Assembly: GCF_006345805.1 (NCBI RefSeq)
Contig: NC_043005.1
Coordinates: forward strand, 91,450,001-91,514,000
Direction: 5' to 3'
From: Octopus sinensis
Taxonomy: Eukaryota
DNA length: 64,000 bases
This document shows, in pieces, positions 39,760 through 51,500 of the stretch. Each line of letters opens with the position of its first letter. Position 1 is the stretch's first letter. The notes under the pieces are model-generated. The model ran no database searches and was not told where the DNA came from. It saw nothing but the letters and a program-made list of their open reading frames with translations. Made by a program: the position numbers and the translations under genes.

Positions 39760-40230
39760 TCGTTGTCTCAATGTATAGCAACTGTGGTAGCACTATTGAA
39801 ATATTATTAGGAAAACCAGTCACAAACACCCGCTGACTGTCCTCCAGCTCTTCCTCAGTGTATCCAGCAAGTCCTGCCAACCATCTAACCTCATTGGTGA
39901 ACACATCCACCTGTTCTCCAATTCATTTTGCTCTCTCCAGCCTGGCATAGGCCATGAATGCTTTCTATAAAAGCTTTCTTTTTAATCTGGTTATTATTTT
40001 CCCTACATCTAGCTTAGCTTCTTTACTAATTTTTAGATACAATACCAATGCCAGCCCCTCTTAGTACTATAGCATGAACTTGTTAAATAATTAATTCCCT
40101 GCAGTTTTGCAACCAACCTAACCTTCTTCACCCAAGTGACCACATCTCCATCATCACTAAATGGCTTTATCACATCACTGGTGATTTTCACCTCACCTGA
40201 CATGTTCACATAATTATGAACCAAAATAGC
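39760..40230 (-). mobile_element. Gypsy-like gag remnant
   Basis: IKPFSDDGDVVTWVKKVRLVAKLQ resembles Gypsy gag N-termini; recognised from memory only. Confidence 0.45.
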
Positions 40231-40829
40231 TTGTAATAGAGATTAGATGAACATAAGAAAAACAATGCATTCTTACCTTAATTGCAGGAGAAATAGGAAT
40301 GAGGTTACACAGCAAAAGGAGGCAGAAGAAAGTTTACTCCAAAGGAGACTATTTTCTTGCTCGCTCATCACTCTCCCAACCGGCACCTGTTTTCAGTGTA
40401 AACAAAAAGAAGACCCCTAAACAAGGATGACTTTGTCTCTGTTACCTGCTATCTCACTATCTCAGCTCATAACATCATAAGATACAAAAATAAAAAGAAT
40501 TAATCTATAGGCAGAAACAAAACACTTCACCCACACAAATGGATTTAAATTAATACCCACACATAGCTGTTACACTTCTTGCCTGGAGATCAAACTGCAG
40601 CAAAATAAATATTTAGTTTAAATAAAACCATAAACTCTACAATAATTGACCACTCCTTCCCTCTTTGTGCATACATGAACACACACGTGTATGTATTATG
40701 TATGCATGTATGATGTATGTGTGTAAATATATATATATATATATATATCAAAATAAGCAACAAGGATATCCAAGGTAGAGTAGTACAATTGTTTCATGCT
40801 ATTTCATTTTATTAAACACTGTATTACAT

Positions 40830-42843
40830 CGTCACATGACCATACCAGCGCAAATGTCTCTCTTGCACATCACAACTGATGCTTCTTAGGTCCAACTTTT
40901 CTCTCAAGGTACTTACACTCTGTCGAGTATGAACACTAACATTACACATCCATTGGAGCATACTGGCTTCATTTCTTGCGAGCTTACGCATATCCTCAGC
41001 AGTCACGGCCCATGTTTCACTACCATGTAGCATGGCTTTTCCTACACATGCATCATACAGTCTGCCTTTTACTCTGAGCAAGAGGCCTTTTGTCACCAGC
41101 AGGGGTAAGAGCTCTCTGAACTTTACCAAGGCTATTCTTACTCTAGCAGTTACACTTTCAGCACACCCACCCCCGCTACTGACTTGGTCACCTAGGTAAC
41201 GGAAGCTATCAACTATTTCTAGTTTTTCTCCCTGGAATGTGGTGGTAGTTGGTCTCTGCGCATTTTCAGTTTATTGCTCCTGAGCATCTGCCACATACAA
41301 AAACCATTTTCCTAGTTAGCCTTCCTTTGACATTGCTGCACCTCTTATGTGTCCATAGCTTACACTTGGTGCATCTTATAAAGTTTCTACCTACACCTTT
41401 TCTAAAGATCGAGCAGGGCCATCTACCTGAAGGCATTTGTGATTTGTCTACCTTCCTACTTATTAGGACTTTGGTTTTAGCTAGGTTGACTCTTAGGCCC
41501 TTCGATTCCATACCTTGCTTCCACATCTGAAACTTCTCCTCCAGTTCTGATAGTGACTCAGCAATTAGAGCAAGGTCATCAGCACAGAGGAGCTCCCAGG
41601 GGCATCCTGTCTTGAATTCCTCCGTTATTGCTTGGAGGACTATGATAAATAGGAGGGGGCTGAGGACTGAGCCTTGGTGGACGTCTACCTCTACCCGGAA
41701 TTCTCCACTGTACTCGTTGCCAACCCTCACCTTACTAGCAGCGTCCCTGTACATGGCTCGCACAGCTCTCACTAACCATTCATCTATCCCTAGTTTCCTC
41801 ATTGACCACCAGATAAGGGATCGGGGGACCCTGTCGAAGGCTTTCTCCATGTCAACAAAAGCCAGGTACAGGGGCTTATCTTTGGCTAGGTATTTCTCCT
41901 GCAGCTGCCTTACCAGGAATATAGCATCAGTGGTACTTTTCCCTGGCACGAACCCAAACTGCATCTCATCTAAACTAACTCTCTCTCTAATTAGTTGGGC
42001 TATGACCCTCTCCATAACCTTCATCACCTGATCCAACAGCTTGATACCTCTGTAATTATTTGTATCTAGGGCGTCACCTTTACCTTTGTAGCAGTTGACT
42101 ATTATGCTGCTACACCAGTCATTGGGTATGACTCTTTTGTGTATCACCTGATTAACTATACGGGTGACTAGGCTATAGCCGACACTACCAGATATTTTGA
42201 GCATCTCTGCAGTGATTCCTGATGGGCCTGGGGCTTTCCCTGTCTTCATGCTTCTAATTGCCAAGGAACTATCAACTCGGATAGCTGGTCCCTCTGTTGG
42301 GTCAACATTCGGCAGACTCTCTTTATCCCATTCATTTTCTTTATTCAGCAACATTTCATAGTGGCGTCTCCAAACCTCTCTCTTTGCATCCTCATTTAGC
42401 GCAAGTGAACCATCTTCCATGTGAACACACTTCTCTCCTACCACATCACGATTCTCTCTCACACACTGTCTTGCAACGCGAAACACCTCCAGTCTTTGGT
42501 CCTCATGGCGCAGAACATGGGCAAATTTTTTCTTATCTGCTTCCCCTCTGGCTAAATAAACCTGTCTCCTAGCTTCTCTTTTGGCAGTCTGATACACTTC
42601 CCTGCTACCCCCATTTTTCCAGTCCTTCCAAGCCTGTCTCTTTTCTCTAATAGCCCTGTCTACAACATTGTTCCACCACCACGTTATTCTAGGTCGAGAA
42701 GGGACTTTGCACCAGCCACAGATCTGGTCAGTGGCTCTCAGCAGGTTGTCCCTTAGAAACGTCCAGTTGTCTTCTACCCCCTGTGATGCTCTATCCCCTT
42801 CTATTTCGTCAAAGGCGTCAACTAATATGTCTCTAAATCTCTG
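40830..42843 (-). mobile_element. RTE LINE segment (linker plus RT), inverted relative to the adjoining tail
   Basis: ORF 41266-42954 with GKAPGPSGI, YRGIKLL, KAFDRVPR, HQGSVLSPLL, CADD; continues to RWYGHV at about 40830. Confidence 0.93.
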
Positions 42844-43006
42844 GCCCCTGTGCCGGTGGCATGTAAAAGCACCCACTACACTCACGGAGTGGTTGGCGTT
42901 AGGAAGGGCATCCAGCCGTAGAAACACTTCACAGACCTCAGTTGAATCGTCCAACCCATGCTAGCATGGAAAGCGGACGCTAAATGATGATGATGATGAT
43001 GATGAT
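42841..43006 (+). mobile_element. RTE 3' tail in sense orientation fused to the inverted body
   Basis: CTGGCCCCTGTGCCGGTGGC...CCATGCTAGCATGG...(GAT)n. Confidence 0.9.
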
Positions 43007-43131
43007 ATATACATATATATACATACTAGCATTAAAGACCCGTCGTTGCCGGGTCATAGTGCTAGTGCATGTATATATGTGTATATATATGTGTACATAT
43101 TACATGTACATCTATATATATATACATACTC

Positions 43132-43332
43132 TCTCTCTTTTACTTGTTTCAGTCAGTTGACTGCAGCCATGCTGGAACACCGCCTTTAGTAGAGCAACTC
43201 GACCCCGGGACTTATTCTTTGTAAGCCCAGTACTTATTCTATCAGTCTCTTTTGCTGAACCACTAAGTGACGGGGACATAAACACACCAGCATCGGTTGT
43301 CAAGCAATGCTAGGGGACAAACACAGACACCT
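43132..43332 (-). mobile_element. SINE 3' portion
   Basis: Same family as 39490-39700. Confidence 0.75.
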
Positions 43333-43984
43333 ACACATAAAATACAAAATACAAAGTTAGATCTTGATATCGCTAGTGATAACAATACTCAAAATATATA
43401 ACAGACTGGAATTGTTAGCCCGTCTCTTGTAATTTCGATCAATCGTATCTTGTCCTCCCTCTTCTATAGAAGTGTGGCTACAATCCAGCCTACCTCTACT
43501 TCTAGGGGGGGGGGGCATTTTAAATTTTCTTCCAGGACGTCCTACGTCCCAGATATAAGGGTAAAAATAAATTATTTCCACATTGCAAGTTCGAGTCGAG
43601 TACTCCCTTGCACGCTCTGTTGACTCGAACCTTGTGGTGAATTTACCGCCTCTGATTAGATACCTTTCATAGTCGCTCCAAGACACTTTTCAAAGGTGCT
43701 TTCTTCCATGTGTTTTATTATTACCCACAAGGGGCGAACGTAGAGGGGACAATACAATCTGATGTGGGGTCAGATACACGAATGGGTTTTACAAAAAAGC
43801 GAATTTTATTTTTAATCTATTTCCCTTTCATGTGAAACCACTTATTCAAGTTCAAATCATTGATGCAATTTTATACCAATTGCTATTTTTACTTTTTCTC
43901 ATGTTACTTTTGTTTGATTTTAATTATTACTTACTACATATAATTCAATTGTTATTATTTTTATTGTTAAAGTGAAAGTATCTG

Positions 43985-44380
43985 ACATAAAATAGAGAAA
44001 CGTTTTTGTTTCACTTTTAACACGTAATACTGAAATAGTGGAGAAGATATGATATTGCTATGGGCTAGCTCTAGGCAAGAAGTTGAACATTTTTTTTTGC
44101 CCATGAAACTACATGGATTCTGATTCTAAGTAAGGCATGTGTAAAATTTGAATGGAATTGGTTGTGTAGTTCTCAAGTTTTAGGGAATCGTAGTGGAGAA
44201 GATATGATATTGCTGTGGACTTGCCCTAGGCAAAAAGTTCAAAAGTTTTTGTTGAGGGCACTCCCCGGACCCTAAGTAAGGCATGTGTAAAATTTGAATG
44301 AAATTGGTTGTGTAGTTCTCAAGTTTTAGGGAAACACACAGACAGACAGACACACATTCTCAGTTTTATATATATAAAGA
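43985..44380 (-). mobile_element. Helitron-type non-autonomous element, 5' part, with ~150-bp internal duplication
   Basis: Minus-strand A|TCTTTATATATATAAAACTGAGAATGTGTGTCTG resembles the 5' ends at 27395 and 28262. Confidence 0.6.
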
Positions 44381-44689
44381 TATGCATATATACATATATA
44401 TATGTAGGTTATGAAAGGTAATGGTGTCAGTAAGACCCAAACGTGTCAGGTAATGCTGAGTAAGTGTTATGGATAGATCATAGGTAAGCTCCAGGTTTGG
44501 TGATTATGCGAATGAGGAGTCCAGCGTAGGTCATATATCAGCGTGTCTATATATATATAAAATTTTTTTTCAGAATGAGATGAAAAAACCCCAAGTCTGT
44601 GAAGATTTTGTTTACAAAGCAATTTCTTCTGCTATAATTCTTATGTGGTTGTGTCTCTTTTCCATCTGGCAAGTAAATTTTCTCTTTAT

Positions 44690-45315
44690 TGTAAGGGCTG
44701 TGTGATGTGGTACTACAGAGCCATTCTCACACCTCATATCACATGGTCCTTACAGATTGGTGACCTTGACGTGATCCTATTTAGGGCCACCAATTGATTA
44801 TACACAGCAAGTTGCTGCAACAGAGTAAGTGACAAATTGTGCCAATACCAAATCAGAGCAATGGACATGACAGGATCCAAATAGTGGCCAAAGGCTAGCT
44901 ATCCCCAACTATGTTCGAATGCATATATATATAATAACTGGGAGAGAGGAATTTCACCCGAATCTATGCTACAGAGAGTCCTTCACCAGTCATTTTGTGG
45001 GAGACAAAATAGACAATAAAAGGAAGATATCTCTGTATCAAAGAAATTAGAAAGGACGATTGATCATTAAAGTAAAATGAAAGCTGGCACTGAACAAAGA
45101 ATTTGAAGAGCTTTGTTCTTGACGGGGGTCACTACTTAGTAGTGGTGTGACTGAGTGATGGTTCTTTAGACAGGGTTGCCAAATTGTAAGTAAGACTGTG
45201 GATGCGTGTTTTAAGTCAGGTCACCAATTTGTAATGGGCCGTGGTAGCGAGTTCTAAGTTGGGTCACCAATTTGTAAGAGCCATTCTCGTTACCTCACAT
45301 CGCACGGCCCTTACA
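44690..45315. mobile_element. Unclassified TG..CA element with mini-LTR-like ends, tRNA-Trp-like PBS and internal PBS-like array
   Basis: TGTAAGGG...CCCTTACA termini; TGGTGACCTTGACGTGAT at 44758-44775; four ~28-nt repeats at 45115-45278. Confidence 0.55.
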
Positions 45316-45497
45316 TATCTCATATTGATAACAATGGTATTTATTAATATGTTTTCAGAAACATTAACCATTAAACTAAAGTAAGTTATCCCTTTACTTC
45401 AGGCAACACCATATTAGCCACACTATCGAATCTTTCTTTGGGGTAACATCAAATCTTGGGAAATTCTTTTCCGCACACGTTGACTGTGGACGTACAG

Positions 45498-48010
45498 ACA
45501 TCAACATCATCATCATCATTGTTCGACCGTGGTCGAGACAATGGAATTTACCATGTTGCGCCAGACTTCACGGTCCATCATAGCATTACGGAGGTCCTGT
45601 TGCTGGATGCCTGTATCCCTGGAGATTACATCAGGGTAGGAGAGTGTGCGCCCTCTGGTGTTGCGAGTAGATGGCTTCCAGAGGAGAAGAGTAGAAATTA
45701 CTTCTTTTTCAGCTCTACAACAATGTCCAGCAAACTGGACTCTCCTACTTTTCACAAGAGATGACACAGGTGGTAATTTCCCATATATTTGCATTTTAGT
45801 TGGATGGCGCCTCTACGAGAGATTTTGAGCTCTCATAAGGAGGCGAGTGTAGGTTGCATCCAACCGCCTCTCAAGCTTCTTTGATAACGTCCAGGTTTCT
45901 GAGCCATATAGTAGGATTGGTTCGACTGTGGCTTTGAATATTTCAAGTTTGAAGTCTCTACTTAGATTTGATGACCAGATCTTATGCATGTCATTACAGG
46001 CTGACCAGGCCATACCCTTTCTAGTTAGAAAGTCTTTTCCAGATGATGATATGTATGACCCAAGATATTTATAATCAGAAACCATATTTAAAGGTGCACT
46101 GTTGAGAGTGTGGATGATGCAATCACTGTTGGACAGGCATTTGTTTATGTATTCAGTTTTGGTCTCATTGAGGTAAAGACCTACACAATTTGAGGCTTGT
46201 TCAAGAGATTGTAAGAGAGACTGGGCATTGGAGAGAGAATCACTGATAAGAGCGATGTCGTCAGCAAAGTCAGTGTCTGTCAAGTACTCAGCTGGGTGTC
46301 TGGAACTTCTTCTTGGTTTTATTTCAAAGCCCTTGCCAGAGATGGTATCAGCTGACATACGTAGCACATAATCAACAACAATGATGAAAAGAAATGGGGT
46401 GAGTGTGTCTCCCTGCAGTATTCCGGCCTCGATCGAGAAAGATGATGTTTCTCCATCAGGGGTTAAGATGGTTGAAGACGTATCTGTGTAGAGGACCTTG
46501 ATGGCAGAAATAATTTTGTCTGGTATCCCATAGAGCTTAAGGATTTCAAACATCTTGTACCTATCTACAGAATCGAACGCTTTAGAAAAGTCTACAAATA
46601 CCATTGCAAGATCGCGATTAAATGCTTTTGATTCTTCAATAAGTCTGCGCAGGCATAGTATCTGGCTCAGCGTTGAGCGCCCATGTCTGAATCCATTTTG
46701 GTTCTTTCGGAGCAAAGGTTCAACAAAAAGGACAAGACGATTTAGGATCAGTTTGTTGTACAGTTTTGCAGCAATTGACATTAGAGATATGCCCCTGTAG
46801 TTGGTGACGAGGGACAAATCGCCTTTTTTGGGTATTGGAATGATTTGAGATTGGTGCCAAATCTCTGGAGCGACAAAGGTGGAAAGTGTGTGGTTGCAGA
46901 GGTTAAGCAAAAGTGTGTGAAATCTATCATCCTTCCAAATCACAGCCGGAATGTTGTCGGGACCAAATGCTTTCGAGGCTTTTAGTTGCTTGGTGGCTGC
47001 TGTTAGTTCAAATATGGTAAAAGGGGAGGTGTTGATGTCCAGCGTGTCTGATATAGGCACACTTGGGAGAGTGGGGTTATCAGGGATTTTGGCATTCTTC
47101 CCAAGGAGGTTTTTAAAATGGGTTGACCAATTTTCTAAACGCTTCTTAGCTGATCCCCCTTTAATTCTAATTGATGACCCAGAATTTTTGCCTGATAGGT
47201 CTTTGATGGATTTCCAGGCGAGATGGTGTTTTTTACTAATGTGCTCTTTCGATAGTTTACTAATTTTGCCATTGATAAATTCGACCTCGGCGTTCAAGTA
47301 AGCCTCATCAAGATTCTTCCTGGCAGCTATGAGTTGGATCTTCAGTGACTGGGATGGAGAACGGTGGTAAGCTAGTGATATAGACTTTAGATGGTTTCTG
47401 GCTTCGATGACATTTGGGGAATTAGAAGGTTTGCTCTGGCCCCTACTCTTCCTTTTGGGAAGAGTAGCCAGTGCAACCTCCTCTGTTGATTTGATGAGGC
47501 TGCTGTATACTTCCTCAATGTTCTCAGCATCTATTTCAGAAGTAGACAGAGATTGAAATTTGTTATAGACCTCAATAGTAAATTGTTTGGACATATCGGG
47601 GTTAGATAAGACTTCCTCCCAGTCGATCATTTTGATCGGGTGAGGCTTAGTTTTTTTGGATGAGCGAAGACTAAGCTTAACGGTAGCTGATACAATTCTG
47701 TGGTCAGAGCCGACAGAACTAAAGGAAGAGTAGGATCTCGAGTTCTTAACACTATTGCGCCATTTCTTTCGAAAGATGAGGTAGTCAATTTGTGCCCTAT
47801 CACCAAGTGGGGACTCAAATGTCCAAACTTGACCTTTTGGTTTCATAAAAGAATTGTTGGAGGTGTAGAGATTAAATTCCTCCAAGAAGTCTTTGAGCAT
47901 TTCTCCGTTCCGATTGGTTTTAGAGTTGAAAGTAAACTTGGTCTCATCGGGTCCTAGTCTAGCATTCAGATCACCAGCTATAACCAGAAAATTATGTGTC
48001 AATCTAACTA
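45498..48010 (-). mobile_element. Second RTE-clade LINE family, 5'-truncated; ~2.5-kb frame open except for one stop
   Basis: [51 protein letters not shown]; the stop codon runs directly into the (ATG)n tail. Confidence 0.95.
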
Positions 48011-48387
48011 GTCTCAGCGGACCTCCGAAACTTATAAGACAAGAGTGTCCCTTTCAACTGACTAAATGCATTAAGGAAAAGTAACAAAGTGCAACCAGCC
48101 AAATGTAAAAAAAAAAAAACTCCGAATATTTAAACGATGCCCCCCCCTCACTGTACCGCTCTCTTAAAATCAAATCAAATTCGGACAGCTGTGGGAGCGT
48201 ACAATAACCAACAAATTAATATATCGCATACAAATTTATCAGTTCTTATTTTTAAATTAATTAAAACTTTCTGAAACATCATAAAATTTTTTATTCTATT
48301 TAGAATTAGTAAGATTGCAAAAAAAAAAACAATAATAATAAAAACAAAGTATTTAAGTAACATAATAATTTCTCCCTTTGATCAAAC

Positions 48388-48537
48388 ATGGCGCCTACCG
48401 GTGGTCTGTCAACGTGTCTGTTGAGTTTCTGGCTTGCATGTGGCATTGTTATTGCTTGGGATAGTGATCATTTGGAACTTTTTGATCTTGTTGAAGAAAT
48501 CGGCAGTAACTTCTATGAAGTTTTAGGCGTTGATGAG
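48388..48537 (+). CDS. DNAJC1: DNAJC1 exon 1
   Basis: [50 protein letters not shown]|GTAAG. Confidence 0.92.
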
Positions 48538-51500
48538 GTAAGCGATTGTTTTAAAGGCGTAACTTGACGAACCAACATGATAGATGCGTATGACAGGAGA
48601 CTATCATTACAAATTCTCAAAGAAAGAAAAGCATTTTAACCGATTCAGAAGAATGCGTTACTTATATGTATATTTAAGACTTAATTGATAAAGAAATGTG
48701 TAATGCATCTCTTGTGATACGTATATTTTCATTTCTAATCGTGTTTTCAGTCAAGTGTGTTGAGTGTTGACAGTTCTTCAGTTTATGGCCAATACACACA
48801 CACACATACACATATCCAGATACACGAACACATATATACAACGTTGTTAAATGACATGTGCATTTTCTTATAATCCTATTCTTTATTTATATCATAGTAG
48901 AGGTGTTTGCTCAAAGTAAGTTTTGTTATCCTACCGGGTTTAACACATCTATTAACCCCCCTTTCTGTTTTACGATCTAATTTATTTGCAAACATGAACG
49001 TTGAGATATTGTTTTGAGTTCATGGAACCCAAAAAGTTTAAAACAACTTATTGTTCCACGATTCTTCAGATTTTCTGGGGATTGCAAATTGTTATATATA
49101 TATATATATATATTGTTAATCTGATACTGATCAAAAGATGGAGTATTGGCTACTGGCGGGTGACAGCTGGTTGGAATGTTTTCCCAGAGTATCAGTAACA
49201 GTTTTGATCTATTTATTCGTTTGTAGCTGATTCTGTATGTATTTAAACATCTCGACTTAAATAATGCTTGAATTTAATTATTTAAAGGTATCCTGTAACT
49301 CATTCTTCAGTGTCACTGCAAGGCCCAAATCAAATAGCTTGTTACATTGTCATAGCAATTGATTATGTAATTACAAAAGCAAGAAAAAAAAAAAAGTCAA
49401 AGAAACCTGTTGGAACAATAGCAGAACACCTGATTCCTGATAGCTGAATTGGGCTCTGAAATAATTCTAGAGTATTGAAACTTTTTTTTTTTTTTTGATG
49501 GAGACACAGTTGTCCATTGTATTTAGTGTGGAATTTGGTTGGTGAAATGTAATAGTGATGAAAAGAATAGTAAATGGTTCACTTTCTTGGATACATCTGT
49601 TGTCATGGAAGAGGTGGGGCTACATTTTGTATAGGGTTAGAACTAAGCAGTTGTTTTTGTTCGTATGCTTACAATAAGCATCAACATCATCAACGTTTAA
49701 CGTCCGTTTTCCATGCTAGCACGGGTTGGACGGTTCGACTGGGGTCTGGGAAGCCAGGAGGCTGCACCAGGCTCCAGTCTGATCTGGCAGTGTTTCTACA
49801 GCTGGATGCCCTTCCTAATGCCAACCACTCCATGAGTGTAGTGGGTGCTTTTTATGTGCTACCGGCTCAGGTGCCAGGGGAGGCTGGCATTGGCCATGAT
49901 TGGTTGGTGCTTTTTACGTGCCACCAGCACGGAAACCAGTCAAGGCGGTGCTGGTATGGATGCACTCTTAGATTTCACATTGATTCTTTGATTGAGATTT
50001 CCTAGAATTCTGTATAAAGTTTTGTGCCTGCAAATTCTCTAATTAAGCTCCATGTTACATGTAGAATATAAGGTCTTTATTCATTTGTGAACACCATGGC
50101 ATAGTTGAGGAAAGAGTATAGTATCAGGGTTTATTTTTAATTCAAAATGAAAAATGCTTGTGAATATGTGCAGTGTTTTGACCATTCACTGTATTTATGT
50201 ATCAGTCTTATGTATGACTTGTCTCTGTATCTGAGTGAGTGGTGATCGGAGGAGTAGATATGATACGTTGGTGGAGGTAGTATGCAATCACCTGTCTCTG
50301 AAGAGCAGAATCTACAGTAGTAGCAATAAGAAAAGTAAACTAAAGAGTCAGCATATCTGAGCTAAAGGTTGAAGTATATTGGTGAGTGACAAGAATTGTT
50401 TGAGACTTTCTGTTTAAGATTACAATCACCAAGTAATGCTTGATAAAATAATATATTTTTTTTTATTACAGTTCTTTTTATATTAATATTCTTGATTAAA
50501 GATTATTTTTTGGTTCCATTTAGACTGCTTCAGCAACAGAGATACGGCGAGCTTATCGCAAGCTTTCTTTGCAACTTCACCCTGATAAAAATAAAGCTCC
50601 TGATGCCGAAAAGAAATTCCTTGAGGTAAGTTTGTTTTCTTCTTCTCTTACCTTTTTATGATCAAGTGCTTGTCCTTAAATAAAACATCTACCAAGGATT
50701 AAAATTCCTATTGAAATAACTGAAAGAAAGACTGGCTTAAAACACATTTTTTAATCATCAACTTCTAGAATGAGTACAAAAGAATGCTGGATTTAAAATG
50801 ACATTCTCAATTCAGCTTATTAGCAATATTAGTAATGATCTCTTCAAACAAGAATCTTTATTTTGAATAAAGGCAAATTAATAAAAAAAAAAAAATACAA
50901 AAATTACTTTTGCTTAATTAATCTGATTAGCCTATTTCCTTTTTCATAAGATGCTATAAATGATAAGATGCACCCTAATATTATAATTAGCAAGTTGTAT
51001 TTTTGGCACATTGAATGTTAACAGTACATGATCCACATATTGTCCTAATTGCCCAGTGCGGAATTTGTTTCCAGTTTGGCATTGATCACATTTTTGTGAA
51101 ATTCAAGGAGTTTTGCATCATACCCTTTAGGCACCTTCTGTGTATTCTTTGTCTTTATTCCATTGCTTGGCCATACTTTTTCATGAAAACATTGTACATG
51201 ATGAAAATGCTGTAAACTCATCTGCTGATATGTACATACCTGTTCTGCCAGCCTTCTTGTCTTGCACATTGTCTTTGAGACCGTGTATTTGTTTATTTGT
51301 ATCCATCATCATCAAGTTCATTTTCTATACAGGTGTGCATTGGATATGTGTAAAATTATGTATCCTCTGTTTTTTTTTTTCATTCACAAATTATTTTCTC
51401 TTTTGATGGTTGCTCAGTTGCCCACTTGCTATGTTGTTTGGCATATTCAAGAACTTATAGCTTGTAACTTATTGTGTATTCCTGTCTTCCTTTAGTTGCC

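Noticed and set aside
41266-42954. 562-aa ORF as an intact retroelement or domesticated gene
   Set aside because: The N-terminus comes from the antisense 3'UTR across the inversion junction; no endonuclease domain; YADD changed to CADD
43357-43686. 109-aa minus-strand ORF in a GC-richer patch
   Set aside because: No recognisable motif or splice context; cannot be assigned without a search
45115-45278. CRISPR-like repeat-spacer array
   Set aside because: Eukaryotic context, no cas genes, degenerate repeats, and short spacers that resemble each other; kept only as a PBS-like tandem array
51196-51235. ATGATGA...CTGA box pair in DNAJC1 intron 2
   Set aside because: Boxes only about 20 nt apart, too short for a C/D snoRNA
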